Positions 1 through 11,896 of a stretch of DNA of 64,000 nucleotides are shown piece by piece. Below the pieces are notes generated by a model, which was not told where the DNA came from, did not search any database, and was given only the letters and a program-made list of their open reading frames with translations. The stretch covers positions 27,573,673-27,637,672 of the forward strand of contig OZ037766.1 of assembly GCA_964035545.1 (NCBI GenBank). Reading direction: 5' to 3'. How positions within the stretch are numbered: position 1 is the first letter of the stretch; every line of letters begins with the position of its first letter. A program made the position numbers and the translations under genes. This DNA comes from Bugula neritina. Taxonomy: Eukaryota; Animalia; Bryozoa.

Positions 1-138
1 AAGTCAAAGTGTAACTGTACGTTATTAATAATATTAGTACCACCCATGAATAATACTATAAGTATAAGTATAATACTAATACTAATAGTATTACTATTAG
101 TATTTAGTACCAGTCATGAGTCAAGTTCGACTACCTAC

Positions 139-267
139 ATCATGATCGTATTCATTTTCTCCAGTAAGAGCTTTTTTCTCGTCTGTCACTTGGATTTCCA
201 CGTCAGGGAAATCATCTCGGTCTTTTTTCTCAGGATTGAGTGCGTGTTCGGCTGTGTATATGGTCAT
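139..267 (-). CDS. Probable first coding exon of an unidentified gene divergent from MFSD1 (MTIYTAEHALNPEKKDRDDFPDVEIQVTDEKKALTGENEYDHD...), continuing beyond the window start
   Basis: Hydrophilic, protein-like open frame from an ATG (aagATGA) ending at a GTAGGT donor at 138; followed by the same periodic first-intron tract seen in other genes here. No family recognised. Confidence 0.5.
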
Positions 268-399
268 CTTGATGCAATTTGTAGTATTGTGATTATAGCT
301 GTTCACTTTCGAACCACCATACAATAAAAATCGAAGTACTTGTTTGTCCTCTGTATCCAATCAATGCATACTGTAGTGTAATTATTATCTTCTACTAGG

Positions 400-670
400 G
401 GAGCTCATTACCTTTGCACAACCCACACTCTGATTCGTCGTTGCTATTGACTGTTGTTTATGATTGGTCTAACAATTCAATCAAAAGCCCTCCAAATAAG
501 CGAAATCTTTTTTAATCACACCGATCTACAAACGGATGCAATAAACAATATTAATTTTTTGAAAATAGGAAGTTATCGTAGCACGAAGAAAAAATATGCT
601 GTAGTTATTGTTTAAACACTATGTACATCACATGATAAAAATCCTTATGCGGAATCAATCACATGACAAA
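400..670. promoter_or_regulatory. Putative bidirectional promoter between the unidentified gene and MFSD1
   Basis: About 400 bp between two head-to-head ATGs; CCAAT box (ATTGG 463-467); locally more CpG than the introns. Confidence 0.4.
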
Positions 671-674
671 TAAA

Positions 675-3600
675 ATGGCGTCAACCGAGACTACCAAGTA
701 TGACAGCTCAGAAGTTAAAGGAGACCATGAAGCTGAGCCGTCTGAGGGAACGCCTCTTTTAGCTAATAGTAATAAAGATGAAGAACCAGAAGAGTTGCAT
801 GGATGTGGTGCTACTTTGGCTTGCGATCCTCGACGCCCTCTACATCGATATTTGGTCTTAATTTTAATGTGTCTACTAAGTTTTGGTGAGCACCTTCAAC
901 ACTATCACTATGATACTCTATGAGTAAGACTATAACTATGACTGAGTCTGATATTAATATAAGTTGTTGATGCATTTGAAAACAAATAAAAGTTAAATTA
1001 ATATTAAAATATAATTTAAATTATCATTATGTTTATGAATATCGACAAAGCTGATTCAAAGTCTTAGCTATTCAAGTCAATCATCAATGGCTAATCAAAT
1101 TCAGTTTGAACTTAAATCATGCTCGCGGTCACTTGTCCTTGGTGATCATGATTTAGATTGGCCAAACCAGAAAATCCTATATGAATCTAAACAAGAAATT
1201 GATTAGACTCACTTCAATTTAAATTTTGAACAAGTGTAACTGTAATTACTTTCACAAAATAATATGGTCATATTTTTACAGAAAAAATTATCAATCATGT
1301 ACAATCATGGAGTAATAAAAATGGAAAGTTAAAGTTAAACTCATTTTCCTCTACTTCCAGACTCTCATATAATAAGCAAGGCTGTTTATGAAACAGTTCT
1401 ATGAGTAGTTCTACAACTGTTACTGCTGCCATGTTATAAATTCTACTATATACTTTTAGAGTTTACTTCAACTAACTAGAAATGTCTAATTACTAAATTT
1501 TTAGTTTTTCAGCAGCTCACCTACTGTTTTAGTTAATTATAGCTACTGTAGTTATGTCTAAGTTTATGTATATATTTTGTGAATGCACTTGCAGGCTCAT
1601 ACTTCTGCTATGATAATGCTTCGGCCTTGCAAGATGACATGATGTCAGATTTAAACCTTAGCACAGAATCCTACATGATGTTCTATTCAATGTGGGTATT
1701 CAATTTGTTTCTCTACATAAGCCCATCTCCACTCAGAGATTTTCTGCTATATGTTGAAAATGAATAGCAATTGTTTTGTCAGGCGGTGTTATACTCGTCT
1801 TACATATTTACAGGTACTCGTACCCTAATGTTATCCTGTCTTTCATTGGTGGATATCTCATTGACAAAGTGTTTGGAGTGAGACTGGGGGCCATTATATT
1901 TGCCGGATTTTGTCTTCTTGGTCAGGTAAAAATGCTCAGTTTCTGCCATGGAAACTGTTTTGTACAGCTCATACTGTACTGAATTGGGTCAGATGGTAAC
2001 TGCTATGTTTTCTATAAAACTGAATGCCCATTAGTACCGTATGTCTAGAAAAGGTTAGGAAAAGCTCCAAAATCAAAGTAACTTTCTGGTCATGCTTTAA
2101 CCAAAAATAGTATTCTTCAGTGATGAATTTAGGCAGAAGTTAAGTCACCAAGTGAATTTTTACATTAGAGTAGATCAGTATAATATTTTATTTATTAATG
2201 TTGAATAGTTTTGCTGCCAAACAGTAAGAGTTGTATTTTTGATGTTTATGGAAAATTCTAAGTCCTGGCAGAGTGGGCAGAGCAGACTCTGAACTATGCA
2301 GCAACACACCAGAACTACTCAAACACTTTTCATTTTATTGATTACCTAACATATAATCTTTATTAAGAACTCTTATAAAAATACATGCATTGTAAAGTCA
2401 AATAGCCTATGATATTTCAACACTGTTCGAATTTTAGTTGGGGTGGGGAGGGTCTGTGCGAGTATGGCAGAAACTATGAGAAGTTTTACTTAGGTTTGGT
2501 CTATGTACGTGGCAGCTCAAAAACCTTATATAAATTCTTTAAAGTAATTTCATAATTATTCAAAAATTAAAATTCGCCCGTTAATGTAAATGTAATGTAA
2601 ATGTTTCTTAGCTGCACACTTTTATTTTCACAATGTAACAAACTTGCATTTTTATTGTTCATTAAAAAATTTAATTTGATGCTCAGTTTAAGATAAACTG
2701 GCATACAAAGTTATAGAAATGATATTAATGGCAATGACATGGATATGGAGATAATAAACTAGTTTACATATGATTGTTATATTTGATGGCTTCGTACACA
2801 CACTCTACCTGGGTATTGTTTAGGAGTTGGAATTGTTCTCAGTGTGATGTTTAATTAAACCCGATTGTGGAATTGTCAAACTACTGCATAGTTGTACTTA
2901 TCAATGTTTTCTCTCTCTCCGTTTTTAACTGACTTTTACGCATAGGAAACAGTAACCTTCATCACCCAAGTGTTGATTAGGAGTTCTAATGCAGCTGTTC
3001 AGATAACATTACCAATCTCGAGTCTACAGTGCAATGACACTATTTGTAATGTGTTGTTATGTCAAACTTACCTTTTACAATCTGTAAACTATTGAGAAAA
3101 GTTTGTTAAATACTTTTATCACAGGGATTTGTGATATTTCATCTTTATCATCTAAATTCGCCAACAATCCACCTTAATTTTAAATTTGGCCTCAACATTG
3201 ATTTGTTGACTTATTTAAGAAAAGTTTCTCATGTAACAAAACTGTTGGATACTTTTTTCACGACTAAAAGAAAACTAGATTAAATATATTTTTTATTGTT
3301 CTGTGGCCAAATGTCAAACTGCATGGTGCTATGTAATGCAAGTTTTCAACATTTAAGACTTTTCATGTTTACTGTCAACAAAGTACACAATCAAAATTTC
3401 TCACCAGCCCTAATAGTTGTTACTTATTATCATCAATGGTCCAGTATTTTGCTAGAAAAACTTGTTTGTAGCAGAGTCTGAACTGTATAGCCTCAATTCA
3501 CTAACCAGTGCCATCTTGCATCACCTGACCACCCCACCCCACCTAACCACCCTGTGGGTGGTTCAAAAACTACAGTACATTATTACAGTGTTCGCTCATT

Positions 3601-6600
3601 TTGTTACATTGTTATTTATTTGTACCCTGAGTAGCTGCAAAACATACACTTATTTACATTTTCATGAATGTTTTGTAGTTGATATTTGCTACTGGTGGCT
3701 ATGTCAACTCCTATATAACAATGTGCATTGGGAGATTTGTGTTTGGGTAAGTCTTATACTCCGCAATTTATTCTGAAATGCTAAATATTGTAGAAAATTC
3801 TGTGTTACATTTATATTGTTATATTTTTCTAATTTTTAATTGAAGTATTTATATTAATACTGATTGACCATGCATCTTTTTCAATCCAGCCATTTAAGCT
3901 AAGAATTAACTTTATTCTAAGTACAATTAAAATGCGTAAGTTTTAAGGTATCTCAGTGTTTAGGTTAATTTTCATGACTTTCTTAAAGACTATTAGTATC
4001 TACTTGTTGACCTACTCCTCATTTATGAGTTGAATTACACTGTTTTACCAATAAAATAATATTCTCAACTTCGACCTTGGCCCTAATTGTTTCAAAAATG
4101 GATGTTGAATTACAGCCTGTGCTCTTAATAAAACATCAAATGGGGGGGGGGGTAATATATTAGTTAACTACTGGACATTATTTCTGAACTCTAAAGTGTA
4201 ATTATTAGAGCTTTCACCATAAAATCAATACATATAATTATATAACTTTCGCCTAGTAATACTACTTCCTGATTCTAATTTCTAAATTTATACACATGTC
4301 CTAACGTAGGTTTATATATTTATCATTCCAATTGTTTCATGTCAGCATAGATCAATAAATCAATAATTCATCTCTGGTTACCCTAATAGAAAACTCTATT
4401 CCACCACTCACCAGGTATTAACTTAGTTTAAGCTTGCTTGCAACTTTATAGTCAACTCGCTTGTTGAGAAGATAATTCTTGGTATGACAATTTAGCATGC
4501 ATGTACTACACCAAGTAGTGGTTAGGTTATTGCACTTGACTATAGAGTCCATCTCAACTCTGCAGATGGTTTCTCTATCACATATGATTCACCGGTCACT
4601 GCGCTGCGCTCTTTCAGTCATTCACTGAGCCATTTACCTCTTTCAATCTTTAGTCCATCAGTTAATGGTAACTGCTTGTCAATACATCATTACTACTGCA
4701 TCATTAGTGTGCCACTCATTTTACCATGGTTGACTGTCAATTCCTTTATTGTTTTCAGTTTGCTTTATTGAAAGAGAAAACTTATTTAGTACTTCTGGTT
4801 GGTCACTTATGATTGCAATGCATAGTACTAACAGCTTTACTTTTTGCAAGTTGATGGGTTGTGTTTTGTTGAATTTTTTCTAGTTTAGTTTCTTTACAGG
4901 ATTGGGGGTGAGTCTTTGGCCGTAGCACAGAATACCTATGCAGTGAGTTGGTTCAAAGGCAAAGAATTGAATATGGTGTTTGGGCTACAACTCAGTCTGG
5001 CCAGAATTGTGAGTCCCTGTCCTACATTTAGTGTGTTTTATATCATGATATTATACTGAATATGTATATCATTATATTATACTGGCTGTGTATATCATGG
5101 TAATATACTGACTGTGTATATTATGATAATTTAAAATTTTTTTAAAAGCAGTTATTGACATCTCATTCGCTAGATTATTTATAAGATTCAAGTGTTGAGT
5201 TATTTTTTGTGATGGGAGTGTACTTTGATGGTTGAATTACATGTAACAATATTCACTATGGTAGACTAGCTCATGTACTGTGTATGTATGTTAAATTACA
5301 AGACCTTCTGCTGCCATTTCAGGGCAGCACTGTGAATATGAACGCCATGCAGCCAATATACGACTCTATAGCCAAGAGTTCTGCGTTTGCTGATGCCCCA
5401 CCATACCAAGTATTAGGTGTTTCTCTGTATATTGGTGAGTAAAGCTATGCAAAACTTTTTGACCTCAATTTGGTTTGATGTTGGTATGATTCATTTGTAA
5501 ATTTAGGGGTGCTGTTTCATTAGCAACAGTTTCATCGGCAACTATGATTTATATTCTGCATAAGTATTGATGAGACAACTTCGGTCTATTTTAAAGGAAA
5601 TAATTAGCATTTGTTTATATATAGACGTCATTATTTAGCTGATATAAATGTAAGTAGGATATGTTTAATAAGTTCAGGTGTAAAGATTTTTTCCTACCTA
5701 AAATAAAGTGTTTGTATTTTCTACTTCAGTAACTGTTGCTATCAGTGCTATTACACTGTTGGCTATTTTTACTAAACCAGCATAACATCTTCCGCTAGAC
5801 TTTGTCATTTAGTTTAAAGGTTGCTAACATTTACATCATGTGTATCTTATAGTAAAGGTGGCTGTTTCTTGAGATAGTAAATTATTTGCTGTATCTGCTT
5901 TGCTTACAGCCATGTTTACGTGTCTGTTCTCTCTGGCCTGTGCTCTGGGATTAGCATTCTTTGACTGGAGAGCCAAAAGGATTTTGAAGACGTCAGCTGC
6001 TACTACTGGTAAGTCTCTCAATCAGTTCCTTACCTTATTAGTTCATAGCCTTGGTACTTCTTTCAATTATTCATGACTGACTATCGCTTAGACTATTCAT
6101 TTTATCTACAGAAATACTGCATAATCCAATTTAATGCTTCTTCAATGAGCTGCGTGATCCTCGGTTTTCCAATTTTATAGTCAGCTTATAAGAGTTGTCT
6201 TTACCAAAGGCATTTCTGGTGTTATTTTCAGTATTTAAGTTATTCCACTGGTGTTCATACTTATACACTATGTCATGGCAGTATATATTGAGATGTATAT
6301 TGTTATAGAGATATTAAATATTAGGGATCAGAGATTTGATTTATTTTCTGATGTTCTGTTGTCTACCAGCCTAGATCTGGCATTTTAGTAATCATAGAAA
6401 TAAAGTGAATTGTTTGCATAGTGTCTAAATTTCATTTCCCTAAACTATCCTGGCAATTTTTCATGATATATTTGCTCACAGGGGAGACAATCACGCTGAA
6501 AGACATGAAGACACTTCTGCTGAGTGGAAAGCTGTGGCTCATATGTGGCATCTGTGTTGCGTATTACGTAACGGTCTTCCCTTTTGTCGGCATCGGATTG

Positions 6601-8814
6601 TGAGTGCTCAAAGTTTTCCTCAAAATTGCTTGTATTTTTTCTAGTTCCATCTTATTTTAGGCAACATTTCTTTTCATATTTGCCTGCTAGTTAGAAGATT
6701 ACATAACGTAGTCTCATTGAAAGAACATGAACATGGTCTCAACTCCGCATGTAGATTACCTCACTTTGGTATACATTTTCGATGTACAAAACGTTGAAAT
6801 ACAACTCATAGGGTTATTGATTTTTACACCAGGGTGTTTTATGAGATGAAGTACCAGATGCCTCATGCAACAGCCGGCATCGTTAACAGCTTAGTGTATA
6901 TTCTGTCGGCAGCTTGCTCTCCTGTGATTGGCTTCCTAATCGACAAATCAGGAAAGAACATCTTCTGGGTAATGGCAGGCACTCTACTCACTCTAGGTAA
7001 TACACTCTACATGCCCAGATGTTTCACTATTTAATATATATAGCCTAGTAATGTAGTATTAATTTGTAGTATTTCTTAGGTAATGCGTAGTAGTACTTTA
7101 GTAATATTTTTCTTTCGTGGGATAAAATTATTAGTTTTATTTTTATTTTCTAATTTCTATGCATGTAAGTATGTTTTAATAAAATGTCTAATTACTCAGT
7201 CCACAGTAGCTCACTTGCTATATTGAAATTTACTGACATTAAATATAATATGTGATGTGCACCAGAAAAGTATTTCGTCAACAAAGAGGAATTATTTCTT
7301 AAAAATTATGTAAGGCTAATTAGAAACTTTTTAGGGAGGTTTCAAACTCCTATGTGACAGAAAACCACGAGTCAAAGTATACCAATCTTGTTATCTTCTT
7401 GCTCAGTAGCTGTTTTACACGTGTTTTAGGATGTCACGCCTTGTTTGCTTTCACATTTGCTACTCCATTTCTGCCAACAATCATCATGGGAGTAGCTTAC
7501 AGCGTCCTGGCAGCTTCTCTCTGGCCCCTCGTCTCTTACTTTATACCAGAGAACCAGCTGGGGACTGCTTATGGCATGTGAGTTCAGCTTGTCACAAGAG
7601 TTGTTGTGTGTTATATATATGCCTGGGAAGATAGGGGCAGTAGTTGTATCCTAGAGGGGTAGAGGAGTAGAAAGGCAATAGTTATATTCTTAGAGGATAG
7701 AAGAGTCATAGTTATATCCTTAGAGGATAGAGGGGTCATAGTTATGCCCTTAGAGGATAGAGAGGTCATAGCTATATCCTTAGAGGATAGAAGAGTCATA
7801 GTTATATCCTTAGAGGATAGAGGGGTCATAGTTATGCCCTTAGAGGATAGAGAGGTCATAGTTATATCTTTAGAGGATAGAGAGGTCATAGCTATATCCT
7901 AATATGGTAGAGGTACTTGACAATCATCACACAGCCTGCCCTATGCTAACCCAGTGGGTTGAATTCTACAGACCAATTTTGTATGTTGGATTTACATGCC
8001 CCTGGGTTACTTTTATGCTCCATATCATGTTGCCAGTCAGCAAAATAAGTTCATAGTTTTTTCAGCAGTCTCGTTGTTTTTCTCAGTGATTGTGATAAAT
8101 TAGCAAACATCGTTTCTGTCCGAACATAGAAAGTTATTCAATAGATATTTCAGCACAAGATCTGATTCTATTTTATAATTTATACGATATGTAACATATT
8201 TGATAATAGTTTTGAATGTTTTGCCTATTGTAAAGTTTTACTTCCCTTGTTCAGAATGCAAAGTGTACAGAACGCAGGGCTGGCTGCCATATCCCAAGTT
8301 TCTGGATCTCTCGTTGATAATAATGGCTATCTGATACTTATCACTTTCTATTTGGTGAGTCCATTAGCATCTGTTTCATCTCAACATTCACAGTAATGTA
8401 GGTTATATTTTGTTGCATTTTTCCCTATATTTATAGAAATGTAGGTGTTATGCTCTGTTATATTTTCAGACTGTATTGTAGGTAGTGTTGTATCTTGTAG
8501 ATAGTGTTGTTTATTGTAGGTAATGTTGTGTGTTGTAGGTAATGTTGTGTGTTGCAATGATATTTTCTGTCCTACTGTACCTGTTGGATGCTGCCAGTGG
8601 CTCTGGTCTCAATCTTAGTGCCAAAGAAAGGAATCGTCTAGCTGAAATGTAAGTGTATAGTATCTGTTGAACTGTAAGTACTTTCAATGAACTGTAAGTA
8701 CAGTGTATGTTACTAGAAAGTCTACATTGGCCAGTTTAAGGTCACTGCTCTCATTCCATCATTCAGTGCTCTAATTAATGTTGCAGCAAAGAGAAAGAAG
8801 GAAAGCTCAATTAA
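675..8814 (+). CDS. MFSD1: Major facilitator superfamily domain-containing protein 1 (lysosomal dipeptide transporter), ~491 aa, 13 exons
   Basis: Exons 675-885, 1595-1691, 1814-1925, 3679-3746, 4900-5008, 5323-5434, 5910-6008, 6482-6599, 6833-6996, 7430-7577, 8255-8354, 8539-8648, 8787-8814; all GT-AG, phases consistent, 1476 nt. Hallmark peptides GSYFCYDN, YSYPNVILSFIGGYLIDKVFGVRLG, GRFVFGIGGESLAVAQNTYAVSWFKGKELNMVFGLQLS, QLGTAYGIMQSVQN; N-terminal dileucine signal EGTPLL. An in-frame upstream ATG at 663 is possible. Confidence 0.95.
5035..5130. repeat. Degenerate ~26-bp tandem repeat (~3.5 copies) just after an MFSD1 donor
   Basis: Recurring unit approximately tgtatatcatgatattatactgactg. 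Confidence 0.6.
7660..7912. repeat. 30-bp minisatellite (~8 copies) in MFSD1 intron 10
   Basis: Unit gttatatccttagaggatagaggggtcata with variants; accounts for the repetitive ORF 7611..7889(-). Confidence 0.95.
8472..8555 (+). repeat. 19-bp tandem repeat (~4 copies) overlapping the acceptor of MFSD1 exon 12
   Basis: Unit ttgtaggtaatgttgtgtg; the last copy contains the productive AG (8537-8538) and the first exon codons. Confidence 0.85.
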
Positions 8815-9756
8815 AGATAGAATTCATGTCTCAGAAGATCAACTTGTGAAACAAAAGACGCTATTTTTGTACATAATTTTCTATTTGGGAAGTATATGTA
8901 TAGCCATTTGGAAGTGTGTGTAGCTTCAACTGCAATCAAAAAGAAGTGTATTTCATAATATTTTATATTAGGACCAATGTAATGAGAATAATTGTATACT
9001 TATTCGTTGTCCGCTCTATGCATACTGTAACTGAACTAACATGTTTTTGGGAGTTGTCTCCACAACTTTCCTGGCGATTCTAGTAACATCACCTAATCAA
9101 CTATTATTTATGGTGCTCCTTTGTCGCTGGGTTAGTTGTGGGGCGTATTTTAGGTAACTAGTGTAAATTACTGGGGTTGGAGAACTGTGAGATTGGTGAG
9201 GCCATGTATTTGTGTTGACTTTCAGTATTATTCTGTGGAATAACTGTTAAAATGCTCAATTGTTTGATATCAATCAATTGTGCGTTTAAGCATTTTTAAT
9301 GCTTTGTTTTTTAAAATCTTTTACATCTGTTCTCTATAATAGTTTGTATGTGATTTTATAAGGACATAACTATTGTTTGATAATTCACCTTACTTCTCTA
9401 ATTCCTCTACTTGCCTTTTTTACTCTATAATCTTTATACGTCCTTCGAAAAATTATGTTATTTTATATGAAAATTTGTTTTTTATTATAATTTTTTGCAT
9501 CGAAATAAATGTGTTCTTAAAAAGTGATGTTGAGTTGTGGAATTTGGTGGAAAACCATTATTGGAATTTAAGATTTCAGGCCCCAAGGTTTGTTACTGTG
9601 CAGGTTCATCAGTTTAATTGTTATTGACTTAGTAGCTGGTGATGAGTTAGTTAAGGTCAATGCTTCAGAAGTCGATTATTCTTTGTAATATTAGCAAGTA
9701 TCCCATTACTATAAAGATACCTTTGTAAATTGCTCATCATATCCTGAATTAACTGT

Positions 9757-9908
9757 CACATGAGAACCCTTATGGAAAGGTCTTTTTTAATGCAGCTTAA
9801 GGACTTTTTCTGATGTGGCACCAGAGCAATTATGACTGGATGCTCTACCTAAACCACTGACCTTGTGGTTACTGGGCCAGCTCTCTAACCACTACATCCC
9901 GGCTGCTC
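9757..9908 (-). mobile_element. Diverged, internally deleted copy of the tRNA-derived SINE
   Basis: Shares tgagaa..., aattatgactggatgctct, ctctaacc and gctgctc blocks with the copy at 43683-43887. Confidence 0.7.
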
Positions 9909-10799
9909 TGATATATAATTTAGAACATGATAAAAAAAGGACTAATAAACTGAATGAAACCAGATAAAATGGGATCCTACACAACTTTATAATTTTTGCA
10001 TGAACAAACGCTTTCAATTTTAAAATCTTAATAAATTAATCAATCTGTATTTCTTGAAGCTATATCTAATTTATATGTTTTATTATTGCATACTGGGGGG
10101 TAACGAAATATGAGGCCCCACAAAATTGAGGATGTTAAGGTTTGTGTGATATGTTTAAGGTAATTGACCCTTCACCAGGTTCTCCTGAAATTGGCTGTTG
10201 ATAGCAAACATGCTGTGCAATTTATTAAAAATAAGTTATACTAATTTGAATATATATAGCTTATTTAAACTGATCACTATAGCAGCATTAGGTTAATGTG
10301 TTTAGAAAACAGACCTATTTGATGAGACAACGAATTTTTGCACAAAACATCAGGTTTGTGTTAAAAAAGTTCCAATATGATGTTGCAGATAAAAAGCATG
10401 TTTTAAACTACTTTTTATATATGAAAACTGCATGAATAATGTAATTAAAATCCTATCTATCAAAGCAGTCACCCTATTCATTGCTGTAAGTTGCACCCCA
10501 TTTAAGAGCTTAGATGTTGAACATAACATTAATTAATTTCAACTCAGAACACTATTATATAATCCTAACTGTAATACTATATTGCATAAATGAGAGAAAT
10601 CATAAAGTTTTTAAATTTTACAATATGCGTGCCAAAAGTAATATTGTTTACTCAATAATACAGGGTTTCTGGTTTGAAAGTTTTCAACAAAGAGAATCCC
10701 GGGTAGTTTTAAACAATTTACAGAGTTATCTTCTTTAAGTCATCACACGTACTTTTTCGCTGGGATTCTACAACAATTTTAGTTCAGACAGAAGTAACC

Positions 10800-10957
10800 A
10801 CCTCATTGGTCGATGTCGTTAGGTCATGAACCTAACGTCACACTTCCTTGATGAATGAATTTGCTTCTCCGTCGCTGATTCTGCTTGTACTTTTTCAAAA
10901 TACTCTTCCTCCAGAAAGCACGTCCTCTTCGAATCAACACTAATATAAAGATATTTG
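10800..10957 (+). promoter_or_regulatory. Probable promoter and non-coding first exon of the thymosin gene
   Basis: CCAAT (ATTGG ~10805), CRE half-site ACGTCA, ETS-like CACTTCC, CpG-richer segment ending at a strong donor G|GTGAGT (10957/10958); next acceptor ttttcag at 11887 lies 10 nt before the ATG. Confidence 0.6.
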
Positions 10958-11896
10958 GTGAGTGTTTTGTTTTTTGAAAATTTTAATGCAGCATTGATTT
11001 TAAGTAATTCTCAATAGTTTTTATTATGTTGACTGTGAACGTGTTGAAGTGACCGATACTGATAGTGATGTTCATGTTCATGTTGATGCACTTGGAGTTG
11101 GCCTTGCAGTGAAACTAAATCAAATACCAATACTAATACTAATAGTAATAGTATTAGTAATAATGATGATATAAGTAAATGAAATATAATTGTAATAATA
11201 AGTTTGATATAGCATATATATATTGAATTTGATATATTTACATTAACATTTAAAAGTTTTAAATTCAAAGTTATCAATATCATCATTAATTTAAAACTAA
11301 TAATAATCGTAATGATAATGTAGCATTGGTATTCTGGCCTGCAACTTCAACTTGAGAATCATATGTACAAGTGCAATAATGGAGAAATGAGGAGGAGCAT
11401 GTGTTCCTGATAGAAATGTGAAAAAAACCTATGTTCAATTGAAACTCACGCCTCAAACAAAAATTGATTAAAAACCATAAAAAACTAGTGCTATTGATTT
11501 TGAATGCTCTCAGTGACTGCACCTAAATATCGTTATTTTATTTATATATTTAATTAAAATCATTGTTTAGATCAAAATCGTTTTAATGTAGTAATTATTC
11601 AAGTTTCAATTAATAAATTGTTTTGTAACTGCAAAATAGCTATGTTTAAAATTTGAGTTATCCTATCTCATGGTGATATAAATGATTATATAGGGACTTC
11701 TCCATTAAATTTTAAGTTTATTAACTTTTGTTTGCTAATAAGCATCATTTTAAGTAGAGACTCATGGAGTTTTGCATAATAAATTTGTCTGACAATTTAC
11801 ATTAGTTGCGGTTGCAATACTACTGTGTTATGATGTTATTTAAACATAATCTGTTGATTATTTTATTAAAATTATTCCAATTTTCAGTTGTATAAA

